Notes under the pieces: model-generated | Database searches by the model: none | The model's input: only the letters and a program-made list of their open reading frames with translations | Told to the model about the DNA's origin: nothing | Made by a program: the position numbers and the translations under genes | Part shown: in pieces, positions 56,837-64,000 of the stretch | How the letters are laid out: every line of letters begins with the position of its first letter | How positions within the stretch are numbered: the first letter of the stretch is position 1 | NCBI GenBank assembly: GCA_000004985.1 | Contig: GG738919.1 | Origin: Naegleria gruberi | Lineage: Eukaryota | Length of the DNA stretch: 64,000 nt | Reading direction: 5' to 3' (one strand)

Positions 56837-58921
56837 ATGTCGGATAGAAGATCCCCAACTCAGGGGACGCTTAAACTGCAGCAAAACAAGGCAAGGCCTG
56901 TGAGGATGGCCTCAAAGCTGCTAATTTCTCAAAAAACATCTGTAAATTTAAATGCAAATAGTACTAGTTTTGAAAATTCGCAATCCATCACATCACTTCC
57001 AGGTGGATCGAATCAAACACAAAATTCAATAACCATCATGTCTGATGAAACTAGGAAAATTGTAGATATGCTAAAGAAGGAAGTAGAAACACTAAAGTAC
57101 GATCTGACAAACTCTGAAACAGAGAAGGAAACATATGTATTTCAGATTGGTGAAATTAAAAAGAAAAATAGACGAGATATGGAAAGATTGGAACAGGAAT
57201 TACATGATAGAAAAGAAAAGCAACATAGTATGGAGGAAAAACTGTCACGTGTTGAACAAATTGAGGATGCAATCATTAAACTCTATCTCGAGTTGAAAGA
57301 TAGAAGTTATGAGGCTGTTGGAAGTGATGATGACATTAAAGAGATTGAAAAGAAAGAAAAAGAGGAGCTCAAAAAAGAGAACCCACTTGTAATATTGGAT
57401 AGATTAAAAGCAAACTTGAGAACTTTATTGGTATTTAAGGACGATTATGAGAATGAACTGAAAGATCAAATTAGACGAAGAAAAACTGAAGCTGAGTATA
57501 AGGTTGAAGAATTGAAAATGAAAATTGAACAAATGCAACAAGAGAAAGATGAATATAAGAGTGCTGCTATGAAAGCTATTGAATTGAAAGATCGAGCTGT
57601 CAGAGATCAAAATGATAATACTGACTCTTTCTCTAATGAGATTAATACCTTAAAACAGGAAAATAGCATGCTTGCCAGCGTTCTTGCAAAGAAAGAACAG
57701 GAAATAGACAAGCTTCACGAGATGATTGATCGAAGAGATTCAATTCTTCGACACAGAGAAGTTCAAATGATGAAAATTACTCAACTGGAGAGTAAAATCA
57801 AAAACGATAAGACTAAACACCAATTCGATATCAACAGGGAGAAATCTGAAAAGTATCAAGTTCTCAAAAAGTATGACAATGATATTAATTTTTACCAGAA
57901 AATGGAAAATGAAAAGAAGGAAATGGAAAATGAGTTAAACAAAATGCGAGACGAAGTTAAATCCCTAAAGACAAATGCTAGTAGAGAAAAAGTTCAAGAA
58001 TTAACAGAGGTGAATCAGAAACTTCAAGAAAGAGTCAATTCATTAACCGAGGAGCTTAAGAAATACCAAGCAGAGTCACGATCTTTGAAAATCCAAGTCT
58101 CCAATTTGAGAAGATCCCAAGTTGAAATGAAGCAACAATACTTGAACATTTTCAATGCCAATTTAGAAGAAAAGAAGAAGAGGAAGGCCCAAGAAGAAGC
58201 CAATATCAAGGAACAAATTGAAAGACATTTCCACGAAAATGCTGAAAGAAATCCTCAATTGGCATCGTATTACAAGAAGAAACTGAAAGAGAAGGAGAGA
58301 GAAGTGGAAGAACTTGGAAAGAGGTTGAAGAGAATGATTCTTCACCAAAACAGAGAAAATCAAGTGGAAAAGAATTTTATCAAGGAAAAGACTTACTTGA
58401 TTGGAGAATTAACACAATTAAGAAGACAGATACCTAATGCCATCCCAAATGATGATTACACAAATCCAAACAGTCATGCTGCTCTCTTACAAAGAAATTC
58501 CTACCTTGAAGAAAAACTTAGAGACTATGAGAATTTACAAATCATTTCCAAATCTTCAACTGTAAGTTTTGTACATAGTATTTCATATTTATTGACTGTT
58601 TAAAAGGTTGCTTATGAAAAGATTGCAACAAATAAGATCAATACCTCTATAGATTTGGACAAGTCTGCATTTACAGACCTTCAAGAATATGTGGATGGTC
58701 CTGTCCCTGATTCACCAGCCAGCGTCAAGACACCTTCATTAGCCTTACCAGAATACAAATCTGGTAGACCATTATCTGCTACATACGCAACTTCAAAGAG
58801 AAAGGTTGGCGTTGCTCTGCCTCCTGCTGGCTCTCGACCCTTATCTGCTGGTCCCAGAAGACCCGTCTCTGCACGATTCGTTCAAAGACCAGTACAGGTT
58901 GGAACTTTAACAAACCAGTAG
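56837..58921 (+). CDS. long coiled-coil protein, ~679 aa, 2 exons
   Basis: Exon 1 is 56837-58561, in-frame intron 58562-58606 (45 nt, gtaagt..ttaaaag, contains a stop), exon 2 is 58607-58921. Heptad-rich throughout. Pro/Arg/Ser-rich C-terminal tail (RPLSAGPRRPVSARF). Confidence 0.6.
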
Positions 58922-59090
58922 GCGAATTCATGTTGTTGAATACTGGTGTAAAGGTCTGTTGCTATGATTAAGGTTTGGAGCATTGAGTCAGTCAAGAAAT
59001 GTAATACGTTTTGGAAATAATCCAACCAATCATAAAAATTAAAAATATTTAAAATTTAAACGAATAATTTATTACTACTTAGGAGGAGTT

Positions 59091-61955
59091 TCATTGTTGG
59101 AATGAAAGGAAGTTTGTGGTGGAGGTTGGAGTTGAGCTTGGTTGTGGTGCTTCTTTTTCTCTCTTCTTGGACTTAGAAGTTGTACCACTTGAAGATGGTG
59201 TAGAAGTGCCTCTTAGATAAGCATCATTATAAAGAGTCTTGACATCTGGCCTTTTTGACATTTCATGTGTAAGGCAACGTCTGATAAATTCCTTAGCTTC
59301 TTCTGAGACAGCAGGTTTATCAGGAAAACCAACTTGGGTGGCATTTACGATTGTTCCTTCGCTAAGAATTTTTTGTTGTGAAAGGTTGTTTCCAAATGGT
59401 TTTGTACCGTACAACATTTGGAAAAAGATTACACCCGCCGACCAAACATCAACCTTGTTTGAAATTTTAGGTGGTGGACCTTCACCTGATGGGTTATAAA
59501 AACATTCTGGAGGTAAATACCAATATGTTCCTGCACCCTGTGATGTCAACTCTATAGACTCTTCTTCATCCATAATTTTAGAAAGACCAAAATCTGTAAT
59601 CTTAATATTTCCATCCTTATCAAATAAAATGTTAGCAGGTTTCAAATCGTAGTGAATAACTCTTTGCTTTTGTTGGCATAAATAGTTAAGTCCACTAAAT
59701 ATTTGAGAAATGATATTCTTGGCTTCTCTTTCTGGTACTCTTTGGTGCTTTTTAATGTACAAATCCAAATCAGCACCCTCACAATATTCCAATACTGTAA
59801 CAAAAGTGTTATTGTCAAAGACAAAAGTGTCATACATCTTGATAAGCTTTTCATGATTAATGCTTTGATTAATTTGACATTCTCGCAACACGTGTTTGAT
59901 ATAATTCTCCTTTCGGTGCTCTTTCCAATTTGGATTCAGTTGATGTATTTTACATGCCACAACTTTAAAGTCTGTGAGATCATAGGCCTTGTAGACTTCA
60001 CTAAAGCCTCCTTTACCAAGCATTTTCATAAGGAAGTATTCATGATGATTACTTGGTTGTGGTTGTTGACCATTAATTTGAGGTGTTCCAGGACCATCTG
60101 GTGTGGTTGGAATATATTTTTGGTGTCCAATGATTGGATAATTCTTAAACATTGACTTTTCTTGATCTCTAATACGTTTGATTTCTCTGATCTGTATACT
60201 CTTTTCAATCAAGAGGTTCTCTTGTTCTGCAATATTTTGAGTTTCTTCCTTCTTGAGATGTATAAGTTTTAACTTGACTGTTTCCTCTTGCTCATTTAGG
60301 TCGTGCAATTGTTCTTCTAATTTTCTTATAAATTCGGCATCGTTTGTAGTAATTTGTTCCTTCTTCAATTGTTGTCTTTGTTTTTGAATATTCTTCTTTT
60401 GCTTTTCCAATTTGTCTTTTTCTGTCGTTATTCTATTTTCATTTTCTTTCAATTGTTGGAACAGTGTACCATCTTGCCAAACTTCATAAACGTCCAATCC
60501 TTTTTGATATGTAATAGTACCTATTGTTATTGACTTTTCATTAACCTTTTTCTTATCCTCAATTCTTTCTCTTTCAGCCCTTTCTCTTAAAAATTGGACT
60601 GCAATTTCTCTGAATCTCTTATTACGTTCGTTGTTTTTAATATCATAGTCATGGATTGCATTCTTCATTTGATTGATTTCACTCTCATAACCCTTTGTCT
60701 TGGATTCAGAATTTTCAAGCGATTTGTCTTTTTGTTTCAATTGCTCTTTAACATGTTCGAGTTCTAGTTGTAATTTGGCAATCTGTTGTTGATAAGCTTC
60801 AATGTTACTTTGAACGCCTGTATTATTTATGGCACTGGAACCCATACTAGAATTGGAATTGTAAGACATCATAAAACTGTTACTATTATTGCTAGCGTCA
60901 ACATATAAACTATTACTGTTTTGATTAGAGGAAGAAGATGCCATATTGGATTGACTCTTCTTTGAAGTGCTAGCTTGAAGACTTTGAAACATTTGAGGAA
61001 GTGTCTTTTGCTTCTTGTTTGAAGGCTCCACAAGTTCCTCACCCTCAATACTTAGAGAGTTTTCTTGTTTGTTACAATTTAAAGTAGTATTATTGCTGTT
61101 AGGAGGTGCGAGGTAAATTACAGGAGATGTTTGAGGTAGTGATTGAGGTTGGTTGGATTGATAAGTAGTACTGTTTTCAGTAATGCTCGATGAAACAGAT
61201 GAAGGAATAGTAATTTGATTATTGTTGTTGTTGTTGTTCGTACTGGTGTTGATAGTATTGTTTGAGTACTTGTCACCAGAGTTTTGTCCACTAATAATAT
61301 TAGAAGCATTATTATTGGAGGATCCAGCATTGTTTGTTGAAGAGGAAACTCCAGAAGATGAAGCTTGTTGAGCGGTAGATACAGGCTCACCATCGTCTTT
61401 CCTCATTCTCATATATCTGCTCTTGATTTGTTCCTTTGTTCTTTCGATACATGCATACTTTGCGACACCATCCCAATCAATGTTATTGTCCTTCTTATGT
61501 TTTGCAATTCCTTCTTTAATCTTTTTATCTTCTTCTGGGGTAAATCTTCTTCTCTTCTTTGCCGCAGCAGCAGCTGTTGAAAGATGAGCAGCAGCAGGAT
61601 TTGAAGTAGATGATGATCCTGTACTACTACCTGGAGCACCATTACCAGAACTTGATTTGTGGAGGTTGAAACTGCCTTGATTACCACTACCCATATTAAA
61701 ACTTTGGTGGTGGTCCATATTATTCACTCCATACATATTGTCATCTTCTTCTACAAGATGATCATCATTATCTCTCATCATTGCATTATTTACAAAGGTC
61801 CTTTGTAGGCCTGGTTGATATTCAGAAGACTCTTCACTGTTTACGCTTTCTTCCATGTGTTCTTCAGATTCGTCATTAGAGAGTGATACTGTTGTGCCAA
61901 ATCCCTGCGGAGAAGTTGGTTTAGAGTTGTTAGACTCTCCCGCTGTATGTTGCAT
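59091..61955 (-). CDS. Tousled-like serine/threonine kinase with an N-terminal Myb/SANT-like domain, 954 aa, single exon
   Basis: C-terminal kinase domain matches the TLK family very closely: LGKGGFSEVYKAYDL...HYDLKPANILF...GNIKITDFGLSKIMD...LTSQGAGTYWYLPPECF...PKISNKVDVWSAGVIFFQMLYG. Central coiled-coil. Myb-like segment ~aa135-185: RRRFTPEEDKKIKEGIAKHKKDNNIDWDGVAKY...QIKSRYMRM. N/Q/S low-complexity linkers. Confidence 0.85.
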   Translation of the reverse strand: MQHTAGESNNSKPTSPQGFGTTVSLSNDESEEHMEESVNSEESSEYQPGLQRTFVNNAMMRDNDDHLVEEDDNMYGVNNMDHHQSFNMGSGNQGSFNLHKSSSGNGAPGSSTGSSSTSNPAAAHLSTAAAAAKKRRRFTPEEDKKIKEGIAKHKKDNNIDWDGVAKYACIERTKEQIKSRYMRMRKDDGEPVSTAQQASSSGVSSSTNNAGSSNNNASNIISGQNSGDKYSNNTINTSTNNNNNNNQITIPSSVSSSITENSTTYQSNQPQSLPQTSPVIYLAPPNSNNTTLNCNKQENSLSIEGEELVEPSNKKQKTLPQMFQSLQASTSKKSQSNMASSSSNQNSNSLYVDASNNSNSFMMSYNSNSSMGSSAINNTGVQSNIEAYQQQIAKLQLELEHVKEQLKQKDKSLENSESKTKGYESEINQMKNAIHDYDIKNNERNKRFREIAVQFLRERAERERIEDKKKVNEKSITIGTITYQKGLDVYEVWQDGTLFQQLKENENRITTEKDKLEKQKKNIQKQRQQLKKEQITTNDAEFIRKLEEQLHDLNEQEETVKLKLIHLKKEETQNIAEQENLLIEKSIQIREIKRIRDQEKSMFKNYPIIGHQKYIPTTPDGPGTPQINGQQPQPSNHHEYFLMKMLGKGGFSEVYKAYDLTDFKVVACKIHQLNPNWKEHRKENYIKHVLRECQINQSINHEKLIKMYDTFVFDNNTFVTVLEYCEGADLDLYIKKHQRVPEREAKNIISQIFSGLNYLCQQKQRVIHYDLKPANILFDKDGNIKITDFGLSKIMDEEESIELTSQGAGTYWYLPPECFYNPSGEGPPPKISNKVDVWSAGVIFFQMLYGTKPFGNNLSQQKILSEGTIVNATQVGFPDKPAVSEEAKEFIRRCLTHEMSKRPDVKTLYNDAYLRGTSTPSSSGTTSKSKKREKEAPQPSSTPTSTTNFLSFQQ

Positions 61956-62016
61956 TGAAATTGATGATGATAATTAAAAGATAATTGTAAAATAATATAA
62001 CAATACAATTATCAAA

Positions 62017-62063
62017 ATAATAATAATATAATAATAATAATAGTAATAATAATAATAATAAAT
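62017..62063. repeat. (ATA/TAA)n microsatellite in the intergenic spacer
   Basis: aataataatataataataataatagtaataataataataataaa. Confidence 0.7.
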
Positions 62064-63204
62064 TCAATTCTGATGAATAGATTGATGTTGAATTAAATTC
62101 TTTTTTGTTTGTTGTTGTTGTTAGAAGTGGAAGAAGAAGTTAAATTTCCTCGTCCTTTGTGTGTTCTAATATTCGCCAAAAATCAACGATAATAAACACC
62201 TATGAAGAAAAATCGAAAAAACTACTACTAGATAATTGAAAGAAACACAGTCCGTCTGAGACGTCTGAAAAAGCCTTCTGCTCTCTCGAGTGATGAAGCA
62301 AAACAAAGGCTCTGTGTCTAATAAAATGATAAGGGTTTTTTACCGCTTTGCAAATTTTATCTGGTCGCGCAAGGAGTGGTTTCCGTTTCACTGCTGGAAG
62401 ATGAGATTAAAGGGTGATTATTTTGGCCTCTCCTCCGTGTTGTAAGATTGTTGAGAGTTCTTGCAAAGGCACCACTCTATCACAATTCAATAGATGAAAT
62501 CGATTTGTACGATAATGTTGGAGTGTACAAAGCTACTTGTATGGGTGATCTCCCAATCAATGATGATGAAGGATTTTGTTGTGTGTTATTGTTGTAATAT
62601 TTATCGGCGCAATAGAACAATGTTGATAATGTTGATAATATTGTTCTTTCTTGTTCCTTGTTTGTTAACAAACTTTTGAGTAGTGAATGAGAAGTTGTTT
62701 GATTTCTTTACAACAAGTTGTTCAACTGTAATTGTGTTGAAACAATTTTTTGGTGATTTACTTCAAATTGCTTCCATGCCTATTGTAAAAAGCTTGAGAA
62801 AAAGATGTTTGGCAATTACTCTATTCTCATCTGTTTATTCCTAATAATCATTATCATGGAACATCCTATTTCCATAGCTGATTGAGATAAGATGATTCAA
62901 TCGAATTCCAATGCACAATAAAGGTGATAGGCACTACAGATAGATTCCAGCCAACTGTCTATTATCGATTGAATTAGTATTCTTGCCACGTTATTGTAGA
63001 ATGTACTTTTTGGATGAATGCGTTAAAAACTCAATTGGAAATAGGGTTATACCAACTATCTTGATTGGGAGAAAATCAATGATTAACTGTTGAGAATATT
63101 GCAAAATATCTCCATTATTGGTCTGTTGATAAATGATATCCTCAATACTTTGATATCATTTATTCGAAGATTTGCAACTTTTAAGGGATGAAATGTATCC
63201 ATTA

Positions 63205-63983
63205 TTAATAAGCCAAACCTCCACCACTAATAATTGTCCTGATTGAAATGTCACTCAGCTTTGAGTTGTCAATTCTTCTCTTGAGAAAGACAAAATGTTT
63301 GGAAATTTTCATATCTGTTTTCAAGTAAAAAGCAATGTGATAATATCTGGCACTGACACCAACAATTTCTGGAGTGACTGGTGTCTGGAAAATATCATTG
63401 TAATCCATATCGAGTTCATAGTATTCATCCTCTCCATCTCCCAGAGTGAATGTATTGTTGTTTCCTCTAATATGAATACAATCGGGTCTAGAGATGGACA
63501 ATAATTGCTCACACATGTTCACATCCAGTGCATCATTGAACTTTTCCAACCCTTTGAAAAGGAGAACATCAAATTTAGGATATCTCGATGAACCCAATCT
63601 ATCAATGGTTCTATCACTCTTAAGGAAGAGAGTAAAATCAGATCCACAATTAATACCAATTGGTTTTTCTATTTGATTATCCAGAAAGACTTCCTGAATT
63701 CCCTTCCTTGAAGTATTGTAGACACTGCCCAATTGATCCCTCGAATTACTTCCACAACAGAAAATACGACCATCCTTAAGGAGGGCAACAATGTGAAATG
63801 CTCCTGATTTGAGTTGGTACACAGGGGAAGGGAAGGTTTTAAATGTTTTGGTGATAACGTGTCGAGAATTTACCAAATTAGGTGTTTGAGTTCTGTTCGT
63901 GATAGAGAGAGAAATTTGTTAAACATTTTGATTGAGGTAAAAACTTACTCATCTGCAATCCAATCTTGTCCTGCAACTCTCAT
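63205..63983 (-). CDS. RCC1-repeat protein, ~240 aa, probable 2 exons with a 35-nt first exon
   Basis: Main exon 63892-63205 with RCC1-like HIVALLKDGRIFCCGSNSRDQLG. The frame is open upstream with no ATG. A putative first exon 63983-63949 (ATGAGAGTTGCAGGACAAGATTGGATTGCAGATGA) is joined through a 56-nt intron 63948-63893 (GTAAGT...CGAACAG). Confidence 0.5.
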
Positions 63984-64000
63984 ATCTGTTCCATTGATAA

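Noticed and set aside
62280-62340. C/D-box snoRNA-like GTGATGA motif in the TLK upstream spacer
   Set aside because: There is no downstream CTGA D box and no terminal stem, so this is probably chance.
1-64000. Prokaryotic-style features: operons, RBS, CRISPR, IS elements, rRNA
   Set aside because: Spliceosomal introns, Pol III tRNA genes with oligo-T terminators, eukaryotic protein families and monocistronic spacing show this is eukaryotic nuclear DNA. No transposon ORFs (transposase, RT, integrase) were seen in the non-gap sequence.

Overview
This 64-kb window is eukaryotic nuclear DNA. It is AT-rich (roughly one-third GC by eye), gene-dense and intron-poor, and contains two N-run assembly gaps (2254-6871 and 9252-10247). 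I see no prokaryotic architecture: no operons, no CRISPR, no rRNA. About 38 protein-coding genes are supported, roughly one per 1.6 kb of non-gap sequence, plus two tRNA genes; one tRNA carries a 17-nt intron. Spliceosomal introns are few (0-2 per gene) and mostly 40-80 nt, with donors GTAAGT, GTAGGT, GTATGT or GTGAGT and acceptors YAG. Start codons consistently sit in an aaaaaaaATG context.

Recognisable products are:
- a 339-aa Rnl5-type ATP-dependent RNA ligase; its length and its KxDG-Lys170, Glu227 and Lys326 positions match what I recall for Naegleria gruberi NgrRnl, so the organism is most likely Naegleria or a close heterolobosean (to be confirmed by BLAST);
- an intronless divergent actin, leukotriene-A4 hydrolase, a thiolase, a HIBADH-like dehydrogenase, a glutathione S-transferase, and a membrane-anchored epoxide hydrolase with a 23-nt micro-exon;
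- a BTB-BACK protein, three F-box/LRR proteins, and two RGS proteins, one of which is a two-TM extracellular-sensor + HAMP + PAS + RGS chimera;
- a PAP2 phosphatase-like membrane protein, a PQ-loop transporter with an apparent frameshift, a TPR protein, exocyst Sec8, and an NHL-repeat surface protein with a PT-repeat stalk;
- a large protein ending in a degenerate Ras-like GTPase domain, a Tousled-like kinase carrying an N-terminal Myb/SANT domain, and an RCC1-repeat protein.

The most interesting item is the HAMP-PAS-RGS 'receptor-GAP' gene at 36654-39188. Secondary items are:
- the bacterial/phage-type RNA ligase;
- the Myb-TLK fusion;
- the intron-containing tRNA sitting in the divergent GST / epoxide-hydrolase promoter;
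- two apparent 1-nt frame disruptions.

All coordinates and splice models come from reading the sequence by eye. I could not run any similarity search.
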